A stretch of DNA of 64,000 nt from Trueperaceae bacterium. GTDB taxonomy: Bacteria; Deinococcota; Deinococci; Deinococcales; Trueperaceae. The notes under the pieces were generated by a model that was not told the origin of the DNA, ran no database searches, and worked only from the letters and a program-made list of their open reading frames with translations. The stretch is taken from contig PAMQ01000015.1 in the NCBI GenBank assembly GCA_002707365.1, positions 1 through 64,000 on the forward strand, written 5' to 3'. A program made the position numbers and the translations under genes. Shown here one piece after another: positions 9,927 to 21,330 of this stretch (its first letter is position 1; each line of letters begins with the position of its first letter).

Positions 9927-11054
9927 CTACCTCTCGTATGGGTCAAGGGAATCCCGTAAGCCGTCCCCGACAAAGTTAAAGGCTAGAACGGATGCCACCA
10001 CAGCTAAAGCAGGGATGAGAACCCATGGTGCTTGGGCCATCATGTGTAGACTTTGTGCTTGTTTAAGTAGAGTTCCCCAGCTCAACATGGGTTCTCGGAT
10101 GCCGAGACCCAAGAAAGAAAGTGCTGTTTCAGCGAGAATCATTCCGGGAACGGCTAGTGTCGAGATGACAATCATGTGCCCGATGGTGTTCGGAAGTATA
10201 TGCCGAACCATAATTCGCAGGTCACTGGCGCCCATGGCTTGTGCAGCAAGAGCGTAATCCCGTTCCTTCAACGACAAGGTCATACCCCGGATTTGTCGGG
10301 CCAGTCCCGTCCAATTAATGAAGGAGAGGATGATAGTTATGAGGAAGTACACCAGTAGCGGGTCTGTACGAACAGGAATAATCGCAGCAAAAGCCATCCA
10401 CAATGGGATTTGAGGGAACGACATGAGCAACTCGATAAGCCGCTGCATAATGACGTCAACAACCCCGCCGTAATAACCACTAATCACACCGAGAAGAGCA
10501 CCTAGAACAAGGCTAATGACGACTCCAAGCAGGCCAATGGTCAACGAAATGCGGGTGGCCCACACTAGCCTCGAGAAGAGGTCTCGTCCAAGTTCATCAC
10601 TACCAATGATGTGAACCCTATGGTCAGAGTTCACTCCGAACAAATGCAAGTCAGTTTCGAATAATCCCCACATTCGGTACGAGTCCCCCCGAATGAATAA
10701 TCGTAAAGGCATTTTCTTGGTGGTGTCCTCAACATAGGTAGTCTTGAAAGTCTTCATGTCCCGAACCTTGTCGTAGGCATAGTAGAAGGGCCTCCAATGG
10801 AAAGCTCCGTCAGCATCCCGAAAATGGAGGCGATGTGGAGGGGCCAGTGGATTGGGCGTAAGCATAGCTGGCCGGTAAGGCGCAATGAAATCGCCGAAAG
10901 CAAGCAAGAGGAAGAATAATCCAAGAACTACTAACCCGAGAATAGCCAAGCGATTCTGCCGGAAAATCCTCCACTGAACTGCACGTACACTGACGCTCTT
11001 ATGCTGCTCTTCCTGTTGAGAACTACGAAGAGTATCGCCAGTAGCGGTGGTCAT
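9927..11054 (-). CDS. ABC transporter permease (DppC/OppC-like)
   Basis: Multi-TM protein with EAA-loop region ALAAQAMGASDLRIMVRHILPN; 4-nt overlap with the upstream permease gene. Confidence 0.85.
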   Translation of the reverse strand: MTTATGDTLRSSQQEEQHKSVSVRAVQWRIFRQNRLAILGLVVLGLFFLLLAFGDFIAPYRPAMLTPNPLAPPHRLHFRDADGAFHWRPFYYAYDKVRDMKTFKTTYVEDTTKKMPLRLFIRGDSYRMWGLFETDLHLFGVNSDHRVHIIGSDELGRDLFSRLVWATRISLTIGLLGVVISLVLGALLGVISGYYGGVVDVIMQRLIELLMSFPQIPLWMAFAAIIPVRTDPLLVYFLITIILSFINWTGLARQIRGMTLSLKERDYALAAQAMGASDLRIMVRHILPNTIGHMIVISTLAVPGMILAETALSFLGLGIREPMLSWGTLLKQAQSLHMMAQAPWVLIPALAVVASVLAFNFVGDGLRDSLDPYER

Positions 11055-12031
11055 GAGAATTTTATTCTCGGGTCAGACCACACCAGCAGAAGATCAGCTA
11101 GAAAATTACCAATGACCAAGAGTAGGGTAAGTATCATCAAAATACCGCCAGCGAGATACATATCTTGAAGTAGTAAGGCTTCGTAAAAAAGCGGTCCTAA
11201 TGTGGGTAGGTTTAGGACGATCGAGACAATAATCTCACCACCAATAATGAACGGCAGTGACATGCCCAAAATACTAATCAGCGGGTTTATCGCTACCCGC
11301 ACAGCGTGCTTCCACACCACAGTTCGCTCGCGCAGCCCTTTGGCCCTCGCAGTCAAAATATACATTTCCCCGAAAGTCTCAAGTAAGTTTGTGCGCATGA
11401 TGCGAATAAGTCCCGCGGTACCCGCGGTACCTATGACTATTACTGGAATCCACAGGTGTTGCATTAAATCCCACACCCTAGCGAAACTCCAGGCAGCGTC
11501 GCGGAACTCACGAGAGAACAAACCACCAACAGATTTGGCGTCAAACCAGAATAAGGAGATGTATACGAGAAGCAACGCAAGGAGGAAGTTCGGTAGGGCA
11601 AGCCCGATGAAGCCAACGATGGTAAGGATGTTATCAGCAAGGCCGTACTTACGTACTGCCACGTACACCCCGATGGGAATCGCCACAGCCCAAGTAAAGA
11701 GCAGTGTCGCTGTGGAGAGAATCAGGGATAGGACCAAGCGACCACCAACCAAATCACTAACTTCAGTCTCGTATTTCATGGAGAGTCCCAAATCTCCCTG
11801 TACAAAACCCGTAATCCATTTCCAGTACTGGACAATAATCGGTTTATCCAAACCATAACGAACGCGAACATACTCGAGTTTCGTTACGACTCCCGATTGT
11901 CGCGACTGTTGTGCTTCCAACCTTGCAATGTAATCCCCAGGGGGAAGAGAAATGAGAAGGAAATTAAGGACAGAAGCAAGAAGAATTGTAATTACGGCGA
12001 ACCCTGCCCTACTTAAAAGGAACCCGAACAT
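11051..12031 (-). CDS. ABC transporter permease (DppB/OppB-like)
   Basis: N-terminus MFGFLLSRAGFAVITILLASVLNFLLISLPPGDY typical of the DppB family; 6 TM segments. Confidence 0.85.
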   Translation of the reverse strand: MFGFLLSRAGFAVITILLASVLNFLLISLPPGDYIARLEAQQSRQSGVVTKLEYVRVRYGLDKPIIVQYWKWITGFVQGDLGLSMKYETEVSDLVGGRLVLSLILSTATLLFTWAVAIPIGVYVAVRKYGLADNILTIVGFIGLALPNFLLALLLVYISLFWFDAKSVGGLFSREFRDAAWSFARVWDLMQHLWIPVIVIGTAGTAGLIRIMRTNLLETFGEMYILTARAKGLRERTVVWKHAVRVAINPLISILGMSLPFIIGGEIIVSIVLNLPTLGPLFYEALLLQDMYLAGGILMILTLLLVIGNFLADLLLVWSDPRIKFS

Positions 12032-12252
12032 ATTTTGGTTAGACTCCTCCTAAAAAAACAAATTTCCTACTCAACTAATCCAAGAAACATAAACCCTTTA
12101 GGTGTTGTTATTAATATATCATCCTAATAAAGCGGACTGCCACCTGGTTTTCTTTCAATAAGCGATCCAAGAACTTGTGTTCCCGTATGTCTTTAACGCA
12201 GCCATCAATAAAATATTTAACCACTCGCTTCGTGGGACGGTAGAATCTCAGA

Positions 12253-13266
12253 ATGACTCGTAGAAATGCATACCAGCAGTCCGGAGTAGATATTGGCGCA
12301 GCCGAACAGGGCATCAACGAGGCTAAGTTAGCTGTGCTCGACACCTACACGCCTGAGGTATCCAGTGAGTTTGGGGCCTTTGCTGGCCTTTATCGTTTAA
12401 ATCTTGACTCTGAAGAAGTAACTTTGGCGGCCTCAACTGACGGTGTTGGAACAAAAACAGTACTTGCTGTTCAAGCAAACCAGCTCGAAGGACTTGGTTT
12501 TGACCTGATCAATCACGGAGTTAACGATCTTCTTGGGCAAGGGGCTCTGCCTCTTTTCGCACTAGATTACCTAGCTAGCAATAAGCTCAATCCTCAAGAC
12601 ATCACCACTATCCTTAAAAGCATCGCTAACGCATGTCGAAAAGTCGGCATCCCGCTTTTAGGTGGCGAAACGGCAGAAATGCCGGATGTTTATAACCCAG
12701 GTGAGATTGACCTTGTTGGGACGGTAGTTGGCGTAGTACAACCCGGAATAAATTTTGATCGAGAGCGAGTCGAAGAAGGCGACCTGTTACTTGGCTTACC
12801 TTCTAACGGCCTCCACACAAACGGCTATACCCTTGCGCGTAAAGCATTAACTAACAACTTACAAGACCCTCTAGGCACCCAAACTGTTTTAGGAGCTTTA
12901 CTAGTTCCTCACCAGAATTATGTGAATGAAGTGAAACCCTTGCTCGAACAACCAAGCTGTATCAAAGGAATTGCTCATATCACTGGGGGGGGCATTCCTG
13001 ACAATCTGGCTAGAATCTTACCCCCCACTATGGGCGCTCACATAAACCGCGATGCCTGGTGTCCACCAGAAATATTCCAATTAATCCAGGATCAATCCGA
13101 AGCCACTACCATCGATATGTTCGGTACTTTCAATATGGGTATCGGAATGATCTTCGTAGTATCGCCAGAGGACCGGGTGGAAGTTACCACCCGGTCCTCT
13201 GGATCACTTATTGAACTTGGTCACGTTATTGCAGAGCCTAACATCACGTTTTCCCCGCAACTCTAG
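12253..13266 (+). CDS. purM: Phosphoribosylformylglycinamidine cyclo-ligase (AIR synthetase)
   Basis: NAYQQSGVDIGAAEQGINEAK N-terminus and the PurM/AIRS fold throughout. Confidence 0.9.
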   Translation: MTRRNAYQQSGVDIGAAEQGINEAKLAVLDTYTPEVSSEFGAFAGLYRLNLDSEEVTLAASTDGVGTKTVLAVQANQLEGLGFDLINHGVNDLLGQGALPLFALDYLASNKLNPQDITTILKSIANACRKVGIPLLGGETAEMPDVYNPGEIDLVGTVVGVVQPGINFDRERVEEGDLLLGLPSNGLHTNGYTLARKALTNNLQDPLGTQTVLGALLVPHQNYVNEVKPLLEQPSCIKGIAHITGGGIPDNLARILPPTMGAHINRDAWCPPEIFQLIQDQSEATTIDMFGTFNMGIGMIFVVSPEDRVEVTTRSSGSLIELGHVIAEPNITFSPQL

Positions 13267-13278
13267 AATCAAGCCAGC

Positions 13279-14229
13279 TTATGGTTTCGTAATTCCCCTA
13301 AAATCCAGAAGGAAATTAGATTCCGAGGGCAACATTATCGTCTGAATACCAGGCGCGAGGCGTTCAGCAACCTCAAGCTGAATAATTTCAGGATTCGTAC
13401 GGATCGCTTCACCACGCAATTCCAGCGCCCGAGCTTCACCTTCAGCCCTAGCTATCTTCGCATCCCGTTCACCTTCTGCTTCAATAATAGCTCGTTGAGC
13501 TGCAATCTGGGCTTGCTGACGTCGGTTCTCCTCAACCTGAATCTGCTGTTCTGCAGCTTGCTTTTGCTCAATAGCCTGAGTAATGGAGTTCGGAATGCGC
13601 ACGTCTCGGAGTAGCACTGCTAGAACCCTGATGTTGTCAGCCGCAAGGACTTCTGACAGACCCTTTTCTATTAATGCGCTTACCTCTTGCCGCCGGGTTG
13701 AAATAAGTTCAGCGGCGTTGAATTGTGCTATGGCATCCCGAATTTGACTTCGAACTTCGGGACGTACGCGAACATCAACAAAAGACGGCCCAATATCCTG
13801 ATGAATTTCCGCAGCTTCCGTTGGGACAACTTGGTAGAGAATAGTAGCATCCGCGTTAATCTCTAAACCCTCAGAAGATCTAGACGTAATTTGATCTCCT
13901 GTGTTCTGAGAAAGAGTTAACTCCTGTTGACGCACATCGTAGAGAGTGACCTTTTGTATAAAGGGCAAAATAACGTGGAATCCTTCGGGCAATTCCCCGT
14001 CTTGTACTCCCCCAAAAACATTAAACACTACTCCAGCATTACCTGCTGGTACAACAACAAACGCATTAGAAAGCAAGGTTATTACTAAACCCGCTATAAC
14101 AGCTATTCCACCTAAACTCCTTTGGGACGGTTGGTTCGATTGAACGCCCTGTACAACAAGAACTATGCCGCCAATAAGAAGTACTACACCTACCAAAATC
14201 AACAGTGTCATACCGACCTCCTCAGTCAA
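13279..14229 (-). CDS. SPFH/band-7 (prohibitin/HflK-like) membrane protein with C-terminal coiled coil
   Basis: TM segment then VVPAGNAGVVFNVFGGVQDGELPEGFHVILPFIQKVTLYDVRQQ (SPFH core), Q/A/E-rich coiled-coil tail; alternative start at 14211 (MTLLIL). Confidence 0.8.
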   Translation of the reverse strand: MTEEVGMTLLILVGVVLLIGGIVLVVQGVQSNQPSQRSLGGIAVIAGLVITLLSNAFVVVPAGNAGVVFNVFGGVQDGELPEGFHVILPFIQKVTLYDVRQQELTLSQNTGDQITSRSSEGLEINADATILYQVVPTEAAEIHQDIGPSFVDVRVRPEVRSQIRDAIAQFNAAELISTRRQEVSALIEKGLSEVLAADNIRVLAVLLRDVRIPNSITQAIEQKQAAEQQIQVEENRRQQAQIAAQRAIIEAEGERDAKIARAEGEARALELRGEAIRTNPEIIQLEVAERLAPGIQTIMLPSESNFLLDFRGITKP

Positions 14230-14313
14230 TCATTGTAACTAGTCAAGAGCTTCAAACTCTCATAAATTGCCTTGCACAAACAACTACATCTTAGGAGTAT
14301 ACGCTGTACAGCC

Positions 14314-15819
14314 TCAGCCTTTGTTCGATTCTCCTCTCCCAGAACGAAAGATATTTAAGGTCTGGGTTAAAGTTTCCTTTAGAGTTACCTCAGAAGAGAG
14401 CGTTGGCTTGCTAGGAATAAACACCGAAAATACCGTACCTTCACCGACTTTAGATTCAACGGCTACCTCACCATTATGCTGCTGAACTATCCACTTAACT
14501 ATCGCTAGTCCTAGGCCACTACCCTTACCTCGGCCTGAACGCGACCCATCAACTCGATAAAAACGATCAAAAAGATGGGGAATAGCGTTATCAGGGATTC
14601 CAGGACCATCATCTAAAACCTTGAGATTGACTCCGCGATTCGAATCTACAACCAAAATTTCAATTTTAGTCGCCCCAGCATTAATCGCGTTCTGAACAAG
14701 GTTGAGAACAACCTGTTTAAGCCTACCTGGGTCACCCATTATCTCTATCCTAGGCTTCGAAGCATCAATTGAAATCTCAGTACTTCCAGCTACGGCAGCA
14801 ACATCCATATGTACTGCCTCAACTACATCGATGAGGTCCACCATTTCATGCTCAACTGAGAACCCAGCATCGGCTCGTGCGAGTTCTAGCAAATCATTTA
14901 CCAACTTAGCCATTCTCTCGCCTTCCCGACGAATCACTGTCAGAGAATCCACCTGATCCGACTTAGGGCTGGTCCTGCGAAGCAAGTAATTCGTGTGACC
15001 GACAATGGCAGTAACTGGGGTACGTAACTCGTGGCTAGCGTCAGCTGTGAATCTTCTCTGCGTCTCGAAGGACTCCTGAAGTCGATCTAGCATACGATTC
15101 ACAGAATCAGCTAATTCCTTCATTTCATCACTAGAGTTTGGTACCGGCACGCGCTGGGTGAGGTCTTTACCGGTAACTCGCGATGAAGCCCGAGTTACCA
15201 GTTGTACCGGACTCAATACCTGGTGTGAAAGAATCCATACTCCAGCGGCAAAAATGAGGAAGGCAAGCAGAATTGTAAGGAGAAGATTATTAGCTAATTG
15301 CGACAAAGTTGCCGCAACCGAATCAGCTGGAATACCAATATAGAGGGTAGCAGGATATGTTGTCTCACGTTGCATAAACCGTAAGCGGCCTACCCCGCGG
15401 TCAGCTAGAACAAACAAGGTTTCTCCGCTTTCCAAAACGACACGGGTGCTCACAGAACCTTCGTCGAACAGTTCATCCAAAGAACTCTCCCCTAACAGGC
15501 TTGGTAGGTCGTCTTTTGTAGGGTTAGTTCGGGAAACATTCTGAAATTCACTGTACCGAAGACCCTCGATTAGCTCAACCGACGTTTTCGGGACATCTAA
15601 TAGGTAAAGTACGATTTCATAGTACGCATCACCTGGAAGTCTACTTAGTCCTTGATCGATATTTCCTTCTCTCAGATCATGAAGGGCTTGACGCCCTTGT
15701 TCTTCTAGTGATGCGGTGAGAGAACGCTCAGTAAGAACATACACAACCACTGCAACAAGTATCAAGATCACGGCAAAGAACGCGGAATAAAAAAAAGTCA
15801 ACCGCGAACGCAGGGACAT
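14314..15819 (-). CDS. Two-component sensor histidine kinase (HAMP + HisKA + HATPase)
   Basis: H-box ADASHELRTPVTAI, G-boxes GSGLGLAIV, two N-terminal TM segments; immediately downstream of the response regulator. Confidence 0.9.
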   Translation of the reverse strand: MSLRSRLTFFYSAFFAVILILVAVVVYVLTERSLTASLEEQGRQALHDLREGNIDQGLSRLPGDAYYEIVLYLLDVPKTSVELIEGLRYSEFQNVSRTNPTKDDLPSLLGESSLDELFDEGSVSTRVVLESGETLFVLADRGVGRLRFMQRETTYPATLYIGIPADSVAATLSQLANNLLLTILLAFLIFAAGVWILSHQVLSPVQLVTRASSRVTGKDLTQRVPVPNSSDEMKELADSVNRMLDRLQESFETQRRFTADASHELRTPVTAIVGHTNYLLRRTSPKSDQVDSLTVIRREGERMAKLVNDLLELARADAGFSVEHEMVDLIDVVEAVHMDVAAVAGSTEISIDASKPRIEIMGDPGRLKQVVLNLVQNAINAGATKIEILVVDSNRGVNLKVLDDGPGIPDNAIPHLFDRFYRVDGSRSGRGKGSGLGLAIVKWIVQQHNGEVAVESKVGEGTVFSVFIPSKPTLSSEVTLKETLTQTLNIFRSGRGESNKG

Positions 15820-16497
15820 TTACTCTTCCCGCAAAACGTAACCGACACCACGAACGGTGTGAATTAACCTCCGCTCGGCTTCTCCCTCAAGTTTACGGCG
15901 CAGGTAACCAATATATACATCAACTACGTTACTACCACCGGTGTATTCTGGCCACACCTTCTCCTCAATTTCAAAGCGATTGAAAACTTTCCCGGGATTT
16001 CTAGCCAAAAGTTCTAAAAGTTCAAATTCCTTAGCAGAAAGGTCAATCCTACGCCCATCCCGGAAACTCTCCCTACCATCAAGATTCATAACAAGATCGG
16101 CAACACGAACATCACCGGTAACAGCCGGATTGACTCGCCTTAGGTGAGCACGGACCCGCGCAAGCAATTCCTCAATCGAAAAAGGCTTAACTAAATAGTC
16201 ATCAGCCCCTGAATCAAGCCCAGTTACCTTATCTTCAACACCATCTTTAGCGGTGAGAATAATAATCGGCGTGTTACTTGTCTTACGAATCCGTCGCGCC
16301 ACTTCGAGGCCATTCAATACGGGAAGCATTAAATCTAGCACTACCAAATCAGGATTTAGTTCCCGAAACTTAGAAAGGCCTGTTACCCCGTCATAAGTCA
16401 CAATGGTCGAATAATTTTCTGCTTGGAATTCAAGATCAATAAACTTAGCGATCTCCTTCTCATCCTCAACGATAAGTATTTGAGGTCTTCTATCCAT
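15820..16497 (-). CDS. OmpR-family response regulator (receiver + winged-helix)
   Basis: [14 protein letters not shown]...VVLDLMLP receiver motifs and C-terminal trans_reg_C pattern ([10 protein letters not shown]). Confidence 0.9.
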   Translation of the reverse strand: MDRRPQILIVEDEKEIAKFIDLEFQAENYSTIVTYDGVTGLSKFRELNPDLVVLDLMLPVLNGLEVARRIRKTSNTPIIILTAKDGVEDKVTGLDSGADDYLVKPFSIEELLARVRAHLRRVNPAVTGDVRVADLVMNLDGRESFRDGRRIDLSAKEFELLELLARNPGKVFNRFEIEEKVWPEYTGGSNVVDVYIGYLRRKLEGEAERRLIHTVRGVGYVLREE

Positions 16498-16639
16498 ATT
16501 GAGAATTATGACCGATTACCGTATGAGAGGTATGTAGCTCACAACATTACTCGCAGAACTCACGAACATCTCCCCTCAGACAAGAAAGGGTAGAATGGCC
16601 TTGACCACAGCACTAAAGCCTTGCCTTAGGAGGCTAACC

Positions 16640-17161
16640 TTGAGTGAACGCGTAGCGGTATTTGTCGACGGAAGCAATCTTTATAACGGAATGCGGGAAA
16701 ATCTTGGTAACACCCGCGTAAACTTAGAGGAATTAATATCTCAGCTGAGCCGCGGGCGCCAAATAATTCGCACCTATTATTACAACGCACCTCTCACAGA
16801 AGATTATGACTCTGAGTTGCGTGACGGACAAACGCGCTTCTTTGAATCACTACGGCGCATCCCTTATGTCACCGTAAGGTTAGGACGCCTGCATAAGCGC
16901 ACTGACGGTACCTTCGTAGAAAAGGGTATCGATGTTGCATTGACTGTTGAAGCTCTCAGTCTGGCATACGAAGACTCATTTGATGTTGCAATACTAGTCT
17001 CTGGTGATGGGGACTACATTGAGTTAGTTGAGGCCGTTAAACGCCGAGGCAAGCACGTTGAATGCACTATGTTTAAGAGTCAATCTGCGGGCCTCTTAGT
17101 AGAATATGCTGACCTGTTTCAGCCACTCGACGAACTAGACTGGGCCAAGATTTTGTTCTAA
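16640..17161 (+). CDS. NYN-domain (LabA-like) protein
   Basis: VAVFVDGSNLY...ILVSGDGDY, the NYN/LabA signature; perfect AGGAGG SD 6 nt upstream of an in-frame TTG at 16640 (the ORF track begins at 16595). Confidence 0.7.
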   Translation: MSERVAVFVDGSNLYNGMRENLGNTRVNLEELISQLSRGRQIIRTYYYNAPLTEDYDSELRDGQTRFFESLRRIPYVTVRLGRLHKRTDGTFVEKGIDVALTVEALSLAYEDSFDVAILVSGDGDYIELVEAVKRRGKHVECTMFKSQSAGLLVEYADLFQPLDELDWAKILF

Positions 17162-17241
17162 ATTAAATCTGTTCTAAATCCATACACACATTACTTTCGG
17201 AATTTTCCATAATTTAGGGACACACTCTGCAGAGATTACGT

Positions 17242-19263
<2,022 letters not shown>

Positions 19264-19426
19264 TTATCCGGCTGAGATGGGTATAAAAGTTAGGCGACAA
19301 TTATACTAATAACTATCCCACTAAACCTACCCCAGTAGAGATGCGCCTAGCAAAACTTAATAGCAAGCATCTGGACTAAAGCAACGTGATATACTCGCAG
19401 CTGACAACCATTTTTTTGGAGGAGTT

Positions 19427-20539
19427 ATGCGCAAACTTTTGCTGCTGGTAGCGACGCTTGCATTTGGATCAGCGTTCGCACAGGATTACGTTATGGGCAT
19501 CGTTTTCGATGCAGGCGGAAAGTTCGATGGATCTTTCAACGAAGGTACGTGGCGGGGAATGGTACAAGCCATCGAGGCCTTAGAGTCTGATTTTGAGATC
19601 GAGCTAATTGAATTCGAAGGAACCCCAGATACGTCTGCTGAAGGCCATCGACGCATAGCAGCAGAAGGGGCTGAACTGATAGTCGGTCCTGGCTTTGCTC
19701 AAGCTGATGGAATTAGTGCTGCTGCCAGTGAGTTTCCAGATACAAATTGGGTCTTTATTGATGGTTGGCCGTTAGGGGATAATGTTCGCGCTGTAGCATT
19801 CAAGGAGCATGAAGGTAGCTTCCTTGTAGGTTACATAGCTGGGACTTTAACGCAAACTGGGGTAGTTGGGTTTGTAGGCGGAATGGATATTCCGCTAATT
19901 CGTAAATTCAACCTAGGTTACGAAGAAGGCGTTAAAGCTGCCTGCGAAGGCTGTACCATCGTTAGTAATTACGTTGGAGTTACTCCATCAGCGTGGAATG
20001 ATCCTGCCCGGGCTAAAGAACTAGCGACAACCCAACGTGCTCAAGGAGCCGATATAATTTACGCAGCTGCAGGAGCTTCTGGCAATGGTGTAATAGACTT
20101 CGTCAATGAAAAAATGTGTTACACGCCGTCGGGCTCGCAGCGACTTACTCCGCTAGCGAGCATTTTAGACTCAGCCGAATTCAGCCCTCAATATACTGAT
20201 GCATGCGGGTCAGACTCAGAACCCCTCTTCTTTATTGGCGTTGATTCAAATCAGAACTTCCGGGGCGACACTGATGGGAACCCGTCAACTCTAAACCACG
20301 GTCTTACTAGTATGCTGAAACGAGTAGATGTAGCTGCTGGAAACGCTGTCATGGACATTGTCTCTGGTGAATTTACTGGAGGTTTTCAGGTACTAGGATT
20401 AGCGGATAATGGTGTGGGTTATGCCGTTGATGAGTACAACGAAGCATTACTCCCCCAAACATTGATTACCTCTCTAGAACTTATCAGTACTTTAATCATC
20501 AGCGGAGAATTAGATGTTACTGACTTCACCGCTCAGTAA
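19427..20539 (+). CDS. BMP-family (PnrA-like) ABC-type substrate-binding lipoprotein, stand-alone
   Basis: Signal peptide, then GIVFDAGGKFDGSFNEGTWRG, typical of the basic membrane protein family; GGAGGAG SD. Confidence 0.8.
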   Translation: MRKLLLLVATLAFGSAFAQDYVMGIVFDAGGKFDGSFNEGTWRGMVQAIEALESDFEIELIEFEGTPDTSAEGHRRIAAEGAELIVGPGFAQADGISAAASEFPDTNWVFIDGWPLGDNVRAVAFKEHEGSFLVGYIAGTLTQTGVVGFVGGMDIPLIRKFNLGYEEGVKAACEGCTIVSNYVGVTPSAWNDPARAKELATTQRAQGADIIYAAAGASGNGVIDFVNEKMCYTPSGSQRLTPLASILDSAEFSPQYTDACGSDSEPLFFIGVDSNQNFRGDTDGNPSTLNHGLTSMLKRVDVAAGNAVMDIVSGEFTGGFQVLGLADNGVGYAVDEYNEALLPQTLITSLELISTLIISGELDVTDFTAQ

Positions 20540-20587
20540 ATAACCTTCAATTGTAGTTTTCACAATGAAGTAACAACCCGCTAACCA

Positions 20588-20626
20588 AGCACCACCCTCA
20601 GTCAGACTACGACTGAGGGTGGTGCT
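20588..20626 (+). terminator. Perfect 16-bp stem-loop (agcaccaccctcagtc-agactac-gactgagggtggtgct) downstream of the BMP gene and immediately 5' of rnpB
   Basis: Seen directly; no U-tract follows; could terminate BMP transcription or belong to the rnpB precursor leader. Confidence 0.4.
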
Positions 20627-20641
20627 ACAATAGATATTGTA

Positions 20642-21012
20642 GGGCGGGGCGTCTGATCGCGGCAGACCTAAGATTCTGGTCCGCTGAGGAAAGTCCGGGC
20701 TCCATAGGACAGGGTGCCAGCTAACGGCTGGGCGTGTAAGGCGACGGCAAGTGCAACAGAAAGCAAACCGCCGGACCGGAATGCCTTCTGGCTCCGACCC
20801 GGTAAGGGTGAAACGGTGCGGTAATAGCGCACCAGTACCAGTGGAGACACAGGTAGCTAGGTAAACCCCACCCGGAGCAAGGTCCGACAGGGCGCGAGGG
20901 CTGGTCCGGCTCGATTTAGTCCCCAAAGTGACCGCTCGAGATCTACGGCGACGCAGGTCCCAGACAGATGATCGGACCCCACATTGTGGGTGACAGAACC
21001 CGGCTTATAGCC
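20642..21012 (+). ncRNA. rnpB: RNase P RNA (bacterial type A)
   Basis: Universally conserved blocks in canonical order: gaggaaagtccgggctcc (P4 5' strand), acagaaagcaaaccgcc, gtaagggtgaaacggtgcggtaa, agcgcaccag, ccacccggagcaaggtc, acagaacccggcttat (P4 3' strand); about 370 nt; ends approximate (P1 gggcggggc/gccccacct). Confidence 0.9.
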
Positions 21013-21024
21013 CCACCTGCTACT

Positions 21025-21060
21025 GGCGATCCTTAAACGGATCGCCAGTATTTTCTAATT
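21025..21060 (+). terminator. Rho-independent terminator of rnpB
   Basis: ctggcgatcc-ttaaac-ggatcgccag perfect 10-bp stem followed by tattttctaatttttt. Confidence 0.8.
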
Positions 21061-21185
21061 TTTTATTCCTATCAAACCAGCCCGACTTTCAATTAGCGAC
21101 GTTCCGAATTAATTGGGCTTCTCATTGATCGCTATGGAGGCCTGTGGGAAAACCAATACAGTCCTTATTGAGAAACTGGAGAATC

Positions 21186-21227
21186 AGTGGGGCTTAGTGG
21201 GAATATAGGGTATTAATGTGGTATAAT
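21186..21227 (+). promoter_or_regulatory. mraZ promoter region: three direct repeats GTGGG-N5-GTGGG-N5-AGGGT (MraZ operator-like) followed by an extended -10 (TGgTATAAT)
   Basis: Repeats at 21186-21190, 21196-21200, 21206-21210 with 10-bp periodicity; TG-n-TATAAT at 21219-21227, about 100 nt upstream of the mraZ ATG; matches the E. coli arrangement in which MraZ binds GTGGG direct repeats with 5-nt spacers. Confidence 0.5.
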
Positions 21228-21330
21228 AGGGCTAGAAAGGGCAATGAGGAACAAAGTCCTTTTGGAAGGAACTAGCTGTCTGTCTAACCAATTAATGATA
21301 CTCAAGGCGGACACAGGGAGAATTTAAGTA

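Noticed and set aside
11202-11858. 218-aa plus-strand ORF
   Set aside because: Entirely antisense to the DppB-like permease gene, with no motif; shadow ORF. The same applies to the other antisense ORFs in the track (17858-18367 in ligA, 34577-35077 in ftsZ, 39950-40312 in pnp, 45091-45441 in the RraA-like gene, 59312-60004 in rho)
20510-20926. 138-aa and 60-aa minus-strand ORFs
   Set aside because: They lie across the RNase P RNA gene, whose conserved blocks are unmistakable; GC-rich structured RNA commonly yields spurious ORFs
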